Source: Halobacteriovoraceae bacterium
GTDB lineage: Bacteria; Bdellovibrionota; Bacteriovoracia; Bacteriovoracales; Bacteriovoracaceae
Length of the DNA: 64,000 nt
NCBI GenBank assembly: GCA_963719505.1
Contig: CAVRCF010000005.1
Location: 160,001 to 224,000 of the forward strand
Reading direction: 5' to 3'
In this document: piece by piece, positions 1-8,870 of the stretch
How the letters are laid out: each line of letters starts with the position of its first letter
How positions within the stretch are numbered: the stretch's first letter is position 1
The notes under the pieces: generated by a model
What the model was told of the DNA's origin: nothing
What the model saw: only the letters and a program-made list of their open reading frames with translations
Database searches by the model: none
Translations under genes and position numbers: made by a program

Positions 1-961
1 TTTTTTTACCAAACGAAGTTTTTTCGTGAGCTTTGGCTCTTTAGTTGGGCTCTTTATCGGAGGCTATGCTCTTAGTCACGTTGAATTAGTTGTCGGGCAG
101 TTTAATTCTTTCTCACTCCTTTTTCTTATGGGCTTTATTTTAAGAACATTGTCTTCTTTAACCTTGGCAACCCATAAGAGTGTCGACTTTGAAAAACAAG
201 CCTTAAAGTCCATCTCTAAAGCCTATTTTGCCTTTCCCAATCAATATGCTTATTTGAAAAAGATTGTGGCCTTTGTCGTCCTTTTTAAATTTGGTGTTTT
301 CTTCTCCGCGGGATTTTTCTCGCCTTATATGCTTAGTGTGCTCAATCTCACTTATATTGAATATATGAATATTCTTGGGGCGGCTTTTCTTGGACGAATG
401 ATCTTTAACCTCCTTGCAAAACGTATGCTCAAGAGGCTAGAGCTCACGAAGGTTCTTTTTTATTCGTGTTTCGGCATTTGTATTATCCCTATCTTATGGG
501 TTATTTTTAAAGACTATAATACACTTTTATTTTTAGAGGTTTTTACGGGGATTCTTTGGGGTGGCTTTGAGCTGGCCTTTGTTCTCATCTCCTTTAGAGA
601 AGCGCCTAGTAGTTTTCAGTCATTCTATGTTTCTTATTTTAGTTTTTTCCACGTGATCTTTGGGGCCTTGGGTGTTTTTCTTGGTATTATGGTTTTTAAG
701 ACTTTTGAAAGCTATGCCAATGTTTACTACCTTATCTTTATCCTCTCCGGTGGATTAAGACTTTTATCCCTTGTCTCCTTTCCTGGATTTAGAGAAATTA
801 GATTTAAAGACAATATTAAAATGTACTACCGAGTCTGGGCCATTAGACCAAATATGGGATGGATTCAGCGTCCCTCAATTTCGATTATAAATAAAAGTGG
901 AAAAAGAAATTTGAAGTTTAAAAAATCCAAGCACGATGAGATTGATATTCCAAAAATTTAG
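1..961 (+). CDS. MFS-type membrane transporter, 5' partial
   Basis: Frame is open to the window edge; about 8 hydrophobic segments with an MFS-like C-terminal half. Confidence 0.7.
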   Translation, partial: FFTKRSFFVSFGSLVGLFIGGYALSHVELVVGQFNSFSLLFLMGFILRTLSSLTLATHKSVDFEKQALKSISKAYFAFPNQYAYLKKIVAFVVLFKFGVFFSAGFFSPYMLSVLNLTYIEYMNILGAAFLGRMIFNLLAKRMLKRLELTKVLFYSCFGICIIPILWVIFKDYNTLLFLEVFTGILWGGFELAFVLISFREAPSSFQSFYVSYFSFFHVIFGALGVFLGIMVFKTFESYANVYYLIFILSGGLRLLSLVSFPGFREIRFKDNIKMYYRVWAIRPNMGWIQRPSISIINKSGKRNLKFKKSKHDEIDIPKI

Positions 962-1773
962 GACTGGCATTTTGGGCAGTGATAGGTCCCTCTTTGACCT
1001 AGAACGGTCTTAACGACTTGAGTCTTTTTACACTGCTGGCAAATCTTTTGGTAAAAGACAACCAGGTGATTGACTCCGCCTCCCACACTTCCTGTGGTGT
1101 CGGCGTAACCTCCAGCGAAAGTTGTGCCTCCCGTTTCAGTTGCACCATCAATAACCACAAAGACGGCCTCATAGAGCTTTTTTATCTCTTTTGGTTTTAA
1201 AGTCTTAACTTGTCGGTTGGGAAGAACAAAGGCCCTGGCACATATTTCATTGGCGATATAGTTTCCGGTTCCCGCAAAAAGTGATTGATCGAGGAGAGTG
1301 ACTTTTATAAATCTTTCCGGGTATTTTAAAATTTTCTCTTTGAAGTATTCAAAAGTAAAAGTGTTGCTTTTAAGGTCTTCACCAAGTTCGCTGAGTTTCC
1401 TATCAGCGTCCGCTTTTTCATACAGATACATATGACCAAAACGCCTTGGATCGACATAGGCGATAAACACCTTCTCATCGTTATGCATGCCCATAAACTG
1501 CAAGTGTGTGTGTTTTTCGACAACCTTGGTTTTTGATATTCTCCATCCACCGGTCATGCCAAGATGGGAGAGTATATGTCTACTATCTGAGAGAAGGAAA
1601 TTTAGCATCTTACCTTTTCTTTGAACCTCTAAAATGATTTTGCCTTTAAGTTTATCCATTTTGGTGTGGATGATGGAGTCTGAAACACCTGATAGGGCAA
1701 CACTTTTGATCGTGAAGGGTGTGATCAAGTTGAGTTGATTTTTAATTGTTTCGACTTCGGGTAACTCAGGCAT
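958..1773 (-). CDS. mutM: Formamidopyrimidine-DNA glycosylase (Fpg/MutM)
   Basis: N-terminal MPELPEVE, RKGK, HLGMTG, DPRRFG, LLDQS..AGTGNYIANE (H2TH) and a C-terminal C4 zinc finger. Confidence 0.97.
   Translation of the reverse strand: MPELPEVETIKNQLNLITPFTIKSVALSGVSDSIIHTKMDKLKGKIILEVQRKGKMLNFLLSDSRHILSHLGMTGGWRISKTKVVEKHTHLQFMGMHNDEKVFIAYVDPRRFGHMYLYEKADADRKLSELGEDLKSNTFTFEYFKEKILKYPERFIKVTLLDQSLFAGTGNYIANEICARAFVLPNRQVKTLKPKEIKKLYEAVFVVIDGATETGGTTFAGGYADTTGSVGGGVNHLVVFYQKICQQCKKTQVVKTVLGQRGTYHCPKCQS
1757..1763 (+). repeat. Left att core TCGGGTA
   Basis: Identical 7-mer at 16667-16673; 1757-1774 vs 16667-16684 is 15/18 identical. Confidence 0.85.
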
Positions 1774-1803
1774 ATCTTTCTAACCTTCTGAAAATACTGA
1801 TTG

Positions 1804-1812
1804 ATTATAGCA
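1804..1812 (-). promoter_or_regulatory. Island-supplied extended -10 promoter (TGcTATAAT) for mutM
   Basis: Reverse complement of attatagca is TGCTATAAT, about 30 nt upstream of the mutM ATG; GAAGG RBS lies between. Confidence 0.65.
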
Positions 1813-1823
1813 CTTTATCACTC

Positions 1824-1854
1824 TATGCCATCCCATGCCAGCCGTATGCCAGCA
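1824..1854 (+). repeat. Three tandem ATGCCA(G/T)C repeats, putative integrase arm-type sites
   Basis: ATGCCA at 1825, 1835 and 1846; inverted copy at 1911-1920; two more at 16530-16547. Confidence 0.7.
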
Positions 1855-1859
1855 AAAAG

Positions 1860-3116
1860 CTAAGAATCTGTGCCATTTTTGTAGTTTGATAGTGAAATAA
1901 CATTAGAAAAGCTGGCATGAGTTTCCTCTTCCTTTCTAGTTTTCTTTCTAATATGTTCCATTATCATTTGCGAGAAATGCTTTTGATCATCTTCATTACT
2001 TTTTGAATAGTGATCAGCAAGTTTTAAATCCTTATGGCCTGTCATCGCTATTACCGCGTCTAGGCCACCACCAATTTTACGAGCAAGCTTCGCCATCCCA
2101 TGTCTAAGAATATGAGTACCCGAATAGGGAACTCCACTTTTTCTTTGAGCTTCACGGTAGTTTAGCTGAATTGTGCCGTAGTTTAATGGATTGCCTTCTA
2201 CATGAAAAACAAAGTCACAGCCATGTACTCTAAATGCATCACGCTTAGTTAGAATTTCCATGATTTCATCAGTAATGAAAACAGGACGTGATTCTTTATT
2301 TTTTGGAAATGCTTTTAGCTCTAAAAAAGTCTTGTTACTCGGATGAAAAATACTCGTGTGTTTGATCATCATTCTTCTATTTTTCATATCAATATTGCTC
2401 CACTGAATTCCGCATATCTCTCCGATACGTCCAGCACAGTAAAACTGCATTTGTGCCAACTCTCTATAAAGAGGTGGTAGATAATCAAAAAATAAAAGAG
2501 CACTATCAAGATCAATTTGTTTTCTCTTATCCGGTACAGGTCTGATAAAACCAAGCTTTCGATGCTTGGTCTTAATTGGACATGTTAGTAACATGGCTTC
2601 TTTTTCAAATTCTTCACTTTGCTTGTACCAATTAAAAATTGTGACCAGAAGATTTAACTCATTATTGAGATTACATCTTCTAGCATTTCCTCTACCTGAT
2701 TCTAGATACTGTTCACTTTTAAAGTATTCTACAGTCTTGTTTACCCATGCCGTTATTTTTGAAGGAGTGATCCTGTCCATAGGTAAATGCTCAATACTCT
2801 TTAAAAGATGATAGCGTCTAAGCCAAATAGTTTTTGTACTGGTTGCAAGGGTCGGGAAGTGATGCTTTTGCATCACCTCCCACACTTCCCTTAATGTTGA
2901 AAAACTTGAATTTAATTCATTGTTTGAATTTGCTGTTGTTTTGGAATACGAGATTCCATCAAATGTTTTGCGCCACTGCTTTGCTTCAAATAAAGTCTCA
3001 AAAGTTTCTTGGAACTGCTTGCCATTGATTTTTTTCATAGCAAGATAGGTTCCAGACTTTTGATACTTATAGATTGCAGTTGCATTTTTTACTTTTACGT
3101 AACCTTTTTTACTCAT
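1860..3116 (-). CDS. int: Tyrosine recombinase / integrase
   Basis: GRIGE (R), HILRH (HxxR), TGH and ADHY (Y) catalytic motifs; AAGGAG RBS before the ATG at 3116. Confidence 0.95.
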   Translation of the reverse strand: MSKKGYVKVKNATAIYKYQKSGTYLAMKKINGKQFQETFETLFEAKQWRKTFDGISYSKTTANSNNELNSSFSTLREVWEVMQKHHFPTLATSTKTIWLRRYHLLKSIEHLPMDRITPSKITAWVNKTVEYFKSEQYLESGRGNARRCNLNNELNLLVTIFNWYKQSEEFEKEAMLLTCPIKTKHRKLGFIRPVPDKRKQIDLDSALLFFDYLPPLYRELAQMQFYCAGRIGEICGIQWSNIDMKNRRMMIKHTSIFHPSNKTFLELKAFPKNKESRPVFITDEIMEILTKRDAFRVHGCDFVFHVEGNPLNYGTIQLNYREAQRKSGVPYSGTHILRHGMAKLARKIGGGLDAVIAMTGHKDLKLADHYSKSNEDDQKHFSQMIMEHIRKKTRKEEETHASFSNVISLSNYKNGTDS

Positions 3117-3361
3117 AGTTCTCCTTTGAGCCAACTAATGACTTCACTAGGAATGAACCAGAGCCTTCCGCGCTTTTTTCTATATGGTATATCGCCTTCA
3201 GATACTAAGTTATAAATGGTTCCCTTAGAATACCTTGTAAAGCGAGCTACCTCATCAATACCCCATATTAATTTGTCAAAGAACACTTCCGTTGTACGGA
3301 TATCACTAGGGTTATGATCATAGCTTAAATTCCCAGAATTGTAATTATTTTTGTAAACCAT
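3113..3361 (-). CDS. Excisionase-like helix-turn-helix protein
   Basis: EVARFTRYSKGTIYNLVSEGDIPYRKKRGRLWF, an HTH_17-like pattern; overlaps the int start. Confidence 0.85.
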   Translation of the reverse strand: MVYKNNYNSGNLSYDHNPSDIRTTEVFFDKLIWGIDEVARFTRYSKGTIYNLVSEGDIPYRKKRGRLWFIPSEVISWLKGEL

Positions 3362-3551
3362 TCACTTCCTTTGATTTAGAGTGTTTAGTTGTTTTATTCT
3401 TAAAATGCTCCATGACTTCATCATAAGAAAAGCGGATATGTTTCCCCATTTTTATATAGGGAATTTCATCCTTACTTATCCAGTAGTAGATCGTATTAAC
3501 GGGAACATTAACAAGACTTGCTAACTCCTTTGGAGAAAGATTATTCTTCAA
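3345..3551 (-). CDS. Second excisionase-like HTH protein
   Basis: LSPKELASLVNVPVNTIYYWISKDEIPYIKMGKHIRF; likely TTG start at 3551 after GGAG. Confidence 0.85.
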   Translation of the reverse strand: MKNNLSPKELASLVNVPVNTIYYWISKDEIPYIKMGKHIRFSYDEVMEHFKNKTTKHSKSKEVNGLQK

Positions 3552-3900
3552 ATTTAATCTCCTTTCCCCATACGGGATTTGAGTAGCGCTTACCATCAAA
3601 ATCCATTTTTACAGGTAAAAGTCTGTCCTCGTAACAATCAGCCTCCCACTGATCCCATTGAAACCATTTGATCTGATTATGAGGAACGTTTCTCAAATTA
3701 TGCATTCTTACGTCTGATGCAAAATTTTCAAAGTTCATTTCTAGTCCAATCCCTTTATAGTTTTTATCTCTGGATTTAAATAAAATGATCTCGTACCCTG
3801 TATCCGTTTTTATTATTTTGTGACCGTACTTTCTTTTTTGCCCTGCTTTATTCCACGTAACTTCTTCTGTATGATATTTTAGATTTTCTTTTGTTGGCAT
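3541..3900 (-). CDS. Hypothetical island protein (119 aa)
   Basis: ORF with RBS, overlapping the downstream xis-like gene. Confidence 0.6.
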   Translation of the reverse strand: MPTKENLKYHTEEVTWNKAGQKRKYGHKIIKTDTGYEIILFKSRDKNYKGIGLEMNFENFASDVRMHNLRNVPHNQIKWFQWDQWEADCYEDRLLPVKMDFDGKRYSNPVWGKEIKFEE

Positions 3901-3926
3901 ATATTTTCCCTTGTCTAATCGGCCCG

Positions 3927-3976
3927 CTTTCTGACCTCCTTCTCCAAGTTTACGTAGCGAGAGGGAGGTCAGAAAG
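3927..3976. repeat. 18-bp inverted repeat (1 mismatch) with 14-nt loop
   Basis: CTTTCTGACCTCCTTCTC (3927-3944) pairs with GAGAGGGAGGTCAGAAAG (3959-3976). Confidence 0.85.
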
Positions 3977-4246
3977 TAAGGGTCGAAAAAGTTAATAATT
4001 TAAAAGATTTGCCAACTAAAGCATAAAGGTATTGGAACGCAGTGGATGCGTATTACCCTATGAGTAGATTGGCATTCTCTCTTTCTATATATTTAATAAT
4101 TGTTTTAAACTCGTCTCATATCCTCGGTGCAAGGCCTTAGAGTTTATTAAATTAAATGTCTGATTATTAAAGTCTTTTTCATAAATAAAGATGAACTTGT
4201 CTGTATTTATTTCTTTTCTAAGTTCTGGATTGGACCCCGTTTTAGG

Positions 4247-5050
4247 CTACCTTTGATTTTCTAATAAATACTCTTTCGGGCTCAACATGCCAAGCCCTGA
4301 ATGAGGTGCTATTTCATTATAATCTTTCATCCAACCCTTGATCATCTTCAGCACTACATCCGCACTGTAACAGTCGCTGTTGTAGACATAGTCTCGCTTG
4401 ATCGTTTTCACAAAAGCTTCACTCATTCCATTTGATTCTGGGCTATAGGCAGCTGTATAACAGCTTTTTAAACCAAGATGGTTCGCCAAATTCTTAACAG
4501 AATGGGCTCGATAAATACTTCCTCTATCCGATAAAAATTCTATCGTTCTCAAAGTTTTGTAATCTTTAAACCTGTATTTAACTGCTTTCAGCATCAGACT
4601 CTCAATATCAGTCGCAAGCAGTGGTGATTTTGAAGCTACAAATGAGAGAACCTCTCTGTCACATGTATCTAAAACAAAAGAAACAAAAACTTTTTCTCCG
4701 TTAAAGCACTTAATCTCAAAACAATCACTGCACCACCTTGTATTTGAATGCAGAGTCATTACTTTGCCAGTTGGAGTGTGAGTTCTCGTCACAGCAGACT
4801 TTGGAAGAAGAAGTCCATTCACTCTCATGATCCTGTAGATACGCTTCTTATTAAGCCTTGGATGCCCCAGAGTAAGTCGAAGACGATTGACCATGGCCGT
4901 AACTCGTTTATAACCATAAGTTGGTCGTAAGGAAACAATTGACCTAATCTGGCTTAGTATTTCTCCATCTTCAGCTTTAAAGTAAAATTTCTTTGAGCTA
5001 GTCGTTTTATAAATTGATTTTGAGTGGACTCCAAACATTTCACAGATCAT
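4247..5050 (-). CDS. IS3-family transposase OrfB (DDE)
   Basis: YGYKR, SNTRWCSD, LSDRGS, SPESNGMSEAF and YN..PHS.L motifs. Confidence 0.95.
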   Translation of the reverse strand: MICEMFGVHSKSIYKTTSSKKFYFKAEDGEILSQIRSIVSLRPTYGYKRVTAMVNRLRLTLGHPRLNKKRIYRIMRVNGLLLPKSAVTRTHTPTGKVMTLHSNTRWCSDCFEIKCFNGEKVFVSFVLDTCDREVLSFVASKSPLLATDIESLMLKAVKYRFKDYKTLRTIEFLSDRGSIYRAHSVKNLANHLGLKSCYTAAYSPESNGMSEAFVKTIKRDYVYNSDCYSADVVLKMIKGWMKDYNEIAPHSGLGMLSPKEYLLENQR

Positions 5051-5412
5051 TTTTTTTGATCCTTTCTTTTTGAGTTTGATGAATTCTTTTGCTCGATCAA
5101 CTCCTGTTCCAAGATCTTTTTTTTATAAAAATCGATGATATCCTGAGCGACCTCTTCTCTGAGGGTAGATTCACCAACTTTCTTGAGTAGTTTATCTTTG
5201 TCTTTTTTAAGTTGATCAATTTGTTTCAAAAGGTCAGCAACATCGATATTAGTATCAGGTTTGTCTTTCATAGCTCTTTTCCATTGGTATAAAGTTACTG
5301 CATTTATATCATGGACTCGTGCTAAAACTGAAATTGGAACACCTTTTGAACGATGTTCCTGTAGAATTTGGATTTTTTGATCTTCGGTAAATCTTCTTCT
5401 TTTTCTTTCCAT
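5047..5412 (-). CDS. IS3-family transposase OrfA (HTH)
   Basis: RRRFTEDQK...ARVHDINAVTLYQWK; A-rich overlap with orfB. Confidence 0.93.
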   Translation of the reverse strand: MERKRRRFTEDQKIQILQEHRSKGVPISVLARVHDINAVTLYQWKRAMKDKPDTNIDVADLLKQIDQLKKDKDKLLKKVGESTLREEVAQDIIDFYKKKILEQELIEQKNSSNSKRKDQKK

Positions 5413-5722
5413 TTTTTCCTCCGTTAAGAGGTAGCCGTCAAAAGGGGGTCACGAACAAAAAGTTCTTCACATAAAAATTTATTTTCTTCTCTGTCACGGC
5501 ACTTGAACATTATCCATCTTTGATTTCTGTTCATGGCCGCTTCAAGATCAGGGTGTAAGCTCATAATTTAACCTAATTTTGTTACCTTCAATGTACTAGT
5601 GCCAAGAAATCCAAAAACATCATCGAAAAACTTGGAAGAACTTAAATAAAATTAGATTATCTCATGAAAATTAGGTACTTATATATACGGGAAAGTTGTT
5701 CTTGCATTGAGTTAGGGGGAGT

Positions 5723-6196
5723 ATGTTAGATTTATACAGAAGGTTTAGAGTTAAAAAATTTTATGATGAATTTTATAAAACAAAGACTGAGTCTGGGAAA
5801 AAACTGGGAAAGTGCTTACCTACTTGGATTTATAAACATGACATAAAGTGTTGGACTAATAACATGCTAGCTGACTCTATTAAGTGCTATGTTCAAGATA
5901 ATATGACAGCTTTTAGGAATGACGGAATTGTTCCATATATACAGGGGGAGCAGAACCGTCGAGGGAACATTAGATTTTTAATTATTAACTCATTACTTTC
6001 ATTAATCGTTCTTTCTATTTCTCTTTTGGTATCTGTAAGATTATCGAATGATGATTCAAGTTTTGAAAAGGAATGGCTACAAGAGCAGAAAAGACAACAT
6101 GCTGAGAGTATAAAATATTTAGAAAATATAAGTGATAAGTTTTCGATTTCTGATAAAAAATTAATTAAAAGTAATATAAAGAAGAAAATAAAATAA
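5723..6196 (+). CDS. Hypothetical protein with one transmembrane segment
   Basis: 157-aa ORF with GGGGGAG RBS and hydrophobic stretch FLIINSLLSLIVLSISLLVSV. Confidence 0.6.
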   Translation: MLDLYRRFRVKKFYDEFYKTKTESGKKLGKCLPTWIYKHDIKCWTNNMLADSIKCYVQDNMTAFRNDGIVPYIQGEQNRRGNIRFLIINSLLSLIVLSISLLVSVRLSNDDSSFEKEWLQEQKRQHAESIKYLENISDKFSISDKKLIKSNIKKKIK

Positions 6197-6208
6197 TAAA
6201 TACTTAGG

Positions 6209-6637
6209 TTAAGCTTCCATCAAATGAATTTCAGAATACAGGGAGTTTTTTGCAGGTACTTTCTGAACTGGTTTTCTTAAAACTTCAATAGCTTTTTGGA
6301 AAATTTCAATTAGCATTGGCTTGTCGTATTCTTCATGAATAGCAGTAATAACATCAACCTTCCAACCATCTTTATCTTTAAAAGCTGGGAGAGTAAGTAG
6401 GCGATGAATGATAGGTGTATCTAGCGACTCATCGCTTTTTACACATTCTAATAAAAATAAAAGTGAATCTAGGCGCTTTCCAACTTTGTTATCTAAGATT
6501 TCTTTGAAAGGACGTTCAATATTTTGAGAAAGGGCCACACTAGATACACCAATATAGCGTGCGACAACCTTGTGAGATGAATCTCCGAGTAATAGTCTGA
6601 TACGATCTACCACTTCTCTTGTTAATACGTTTTTCAT
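6209..6637 (-). CDS. HTH protein, Xre/MbcA/ParS-antitoxin-like
   Basis: N-terminal HTH-like VARYIGVSSVALSQ followed by KRLDSLLFLLE...LLTLP; family resemblance by eye. Confidence 0.5.
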   Translation of the reverse strand: MKNVLTREVVDRIRLLLGDSSHKVVARYIGVSSVALSQNIERPFKEILDNKVGKRLDSLLFLLECVKSDESLDTPIIHRLLTLPAFKDKDGWKVDVITAIHEEYDKPMLIEIFQKAIEVLRKPVQKVPAKNSLYSEIHLMEA

Positions 6638-6685
6638 AATGAAGTCCTTATCTTTCTACACAGCCTTTCGGCTTATAAAATATAT

Positions 6686-6723
6686 AGCTTTAACAAAATA
6701 CCACCTTTTGTTAAAGCTGTCAA
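6686..6723 (-). promoter_or_regulatory. Sigma70 promoter overlapped by a perfect 13-bp palindromic operator
   Basis: Minus strand TTGACA-17-TATTTT; AGCTTTAACAAAA-N7-TTTTGTTAAAGCT at 6686-6718. Confidence 0.8.
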
Positions 6724-6786
6724 TGTTGTGTTGTAATTTCAGGTAGTTATTGATAATCTTTAATGGTCTAACTTATTGGAAATACG

Positions 6787-7482
6787 ATGGCTTATAATAT
6801 TATTTATTCAAGAACATTTTTGGAGAAGGTTTCTAACTGGCCTGAGAGTTTGAGAAAAATGGCATTCGAAGCAGCAGAGCACGCAGCATTAGATCCCAGT
6901 TTAAATGATTATAAAAGGCCTTATTTAACTCCCTATAGACAAAAGCATCCAACAACAGACCATCAATATACATTGTACTTTTTAGAACTTTCAACTACAG
7001 AAATATTTATTGCTTGGATCAATGATAGTACATGCTTGCATGACACAAGAAATAAGCAAACAGACCCGTGTTTAAAGGAGTTTGAAAAACTTCAGGCACA
7101 AGGCTCTATTGAAAACTTTGATCCAAAATACCACCAAATTGTTTTTGAGGTTCATCCAGACGTATCTAAGCCCATTAGATGTCGCTCGCAGTTTTTAGGC
7201 CATGAGACATATTTGAATACATACTTAGACTCCAGTATCCCTGCTTTTGTTGGCCATGCTTTTAATTGTGATGAACCGAATACCGATATCGCTAAAAGAC
7301 ATGTTAAAGAATTCTTAAGTGAGCTTCATTCTTCTCTTACGTCTTCATCGAAAGAGTTAGAGATTCATCTTGATAAAAAAAGTCACCTTCATGAAATTAT
7401 GCTTCTAACTGAAGGCCATAATCAAAATCAATGGGAGATTATAGCAGATCCAGATGATTTCATTTTAAAGAAGAAATCTTAA
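6787..7482 (+). CDS. RelE-superfamily (YhaV-like) toxin domain with C-terminal extension
   Basis: MAYNIIYSRTFLEKV start; LYF....EIFIAWIND..CLH.....TD resembles the YhaV WxND...TD motif. Confidence 0.5.
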   Translation: MAYNIIYSRTFLEKVSNWPESLRKMAFEAAEHAALDPSLNDYKRPYLTPYRQKHPTTDHQYTLYFLELSTTEIFIAWINDSTCLHDTRNKQTDPCLKEFEKLQAQGSIENFDPKYHQIVFEVHPDVSKPIRCRSQFLGHETYLNTYLDSSIPAFVGHAFNCDEPNTDIAKRHVKEFLSELHSSLTSSSKELEIHLDKKSHLHEIMLLTEGHNQNQWEIIADPDDFILKKKS

Positions 7483-7567
7483 ATATATACCTTTAACTGA
7501 TGAAATATATTTGTCAGGTGTTAAGATAAATTAATTTTTTGCTTTGGCCCCCAATTCAGTAGACACT

Positions 7568-8308
7568 TTAATTAGCACTCCGGTACTGGAGTGGACTCAT
7601 CATCTTTAATGCTGAATGTGGTGCTATTTCATTATAATCCGCAAACCACTCTGGCAACATTTTTAAAACTGTTTCAGCATCCTTACAGTCTGCGAGATAA
7701 GCATAATCTCTTTTGATAGTGTGAACGAAAGATTCTGCCATTCCATTTGAAGAAGGGCTATATGGAGCTGTATAACATGTCAGAAGCCCTAAGTCTCTGG
7801 CCGCATTACGTGTGATGTTTGCTCGATAAATTGTTCCTCTATCTGTTAGCCATTGAATTTTATGTGGCGTCTCAACATCCTTAAATCTATTTAAGACTGA
7901 CTCGCTCATCAAATCTCGAATATCTGTTGCTTGAAGTGGTCGATCTTTGGCCACAAAACTTATTGCTTCCCTGTCCTTACAATCTAAGCTGAAAGCAACG
8001 TAAACTTTTTCTCCGTTAAAGCACTGAAGCTCAAATCCATCAGAGCACCAACGAGTATTTGAATGAAGAGTCATTACCTTTCCAGTTCCAGGATGCTTTT
8101 TTCTTGATGGATATTTTTTAAACAATAAATCGTTCATATCCATAACCCTATATATTCTTTTGCGATTAACAATCGCTTTGTTATGAAGAACTCTTTCTCT
8201 ATTAAGCATCGCTGTAATCCTCTTATATCCGTACGTTGGGCGTTTCTCTTTTAACTCCTTTATGGATTCTAATATTTCAGCATCATCTTTTTTCCTATAT
8301 CTTTTCAT
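7568..8308 (-). CDS. IS3-family transposase OrfB
   Basis: SNTRWCSDGFE, LTDRG, SPSSNGMAESF; frame open up to ~8440, consistent with a -1 frameshift. Confidence 0.95.
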   Translation of the reverse strand: MKRYRKKDDAEILESIKELKEKRPTYGYKRITAMLNRERVLHNKAIVNRKRIYRVMDMNDLLFKKYPSRKKHPGTGKVMTLHSNTRWCSDGFELQCFNGEKVYVAFSLDCKDREAISFVAKDRPLQATDIRDLMSESVLNRFKDVETPHKIQWLTDRGTIYRANITRNAARDLGLLTCYTAPYSPSSNGMAESFVHTIKRDYAYLADCKDAETVLKMLPEWFADYNEIAPHSALKMMSPLQYRSAN

Positions 8309-8415
8309 TTCTAAGCCTTTTGATTTTTTATAAAAAGCTGCCCTTGATACTTTTAAATATCTACAGACGAGACTTACCTTGAATCGTTTTAACTTAACGA
8401 TTTCTTTGGCAGCTT

Positions 8416-8748
8416 CTACTTTTCTTTTTTGGGATTTTTTTTAAAGATCTCTACCGCTTCATTCAGAATTTCTTTTTCTAAAGAAAGGTCCCCGACAATC
8501 TTTTTGAGTCTTCGGATTTCTTCTTTTTGCTTTTCATTTTCTGAAATTAGCTCTGATTGAGAATGATTCATCTTTGGATTTTTGTCTGACATCTGTCTTT
8601 TCCATTGAGCTAGAGTTACTGGGTGTATGCCATGTTTTGTGGCAATACTGATCATTGAATTCTTTTGATCAAAGTACTCTGCTAAGATAGCACATTTTTG
8701 TTCTTTGCTAAAATGCTTACGTTTTTTCGGTGACTTAGTAGTCGTCAT
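8416..8748 (-). CDS. IS3-family transposase OrfA
   Basis: KRKHFSKEQK...KHGIHPVTLAQWK, leucine zipper, ends at EIFKK. Confidence 0.92.
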   Translation of the reverse strand: MTTTKSPKKRKHFSKEQKCAILAEYFDQKNSMISIATKHGIHPVTLAQWKRQMSDKNPKMNHSQSELISENEKQKEEIRRLKKIVGDLSLEKEILNEAVEIFKKNPKKEK

Positions 8749-8870
8749 AACTTCCCCTTATTGGTTGGAAAAGTGTCTACTTGAAAAGGGGGTTACAAAC
8801 ATTTTATTCACTCATAATCCATTCAGAATATCCGATAACTAACTATAAACATTAAGATTTGGGGTTTGTA

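Larger units (their letters stand above)
4226..5457 (-). mobile_element. IS3-family (IS2-like) element, copy A
   Basis: TG...CA imperfect terminal IRs; orfA/orfB; near identical to 13950-15180. Confidence 0.95.
4085..5564 (-). pseudogene. Small (~80 aa) island ORF split by IS3-family copy A
   Basis: MSLHPDLEAAMNRNQRWIMFKCRDREENKFLCEEL (from 5564) resumes as ELRKEINTDKF...LLNI* (4225-4085). Confidence 0.6.
7540..8801 (-). mobile_element. IS3-family (IS2-like) element, distinct from copies A/B
   Basis: IRs TGCTTTGGCCCCCAATTCAGTAGACAC and GTGTCTACTTGAAAAGGGGGTTACAAACA; TTTT on both flanks; A8 run joins orfA and the orfB frame. Confidence 0.93.

Noticed and set aside
1824-1854. CCATGCCAGCCG (shared with ~16537-48) as the att core
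   Set aside because: The motif is multi-copy and internal; the MPELPE duplication with TCGGGTA explains the junctions and restores mutM.
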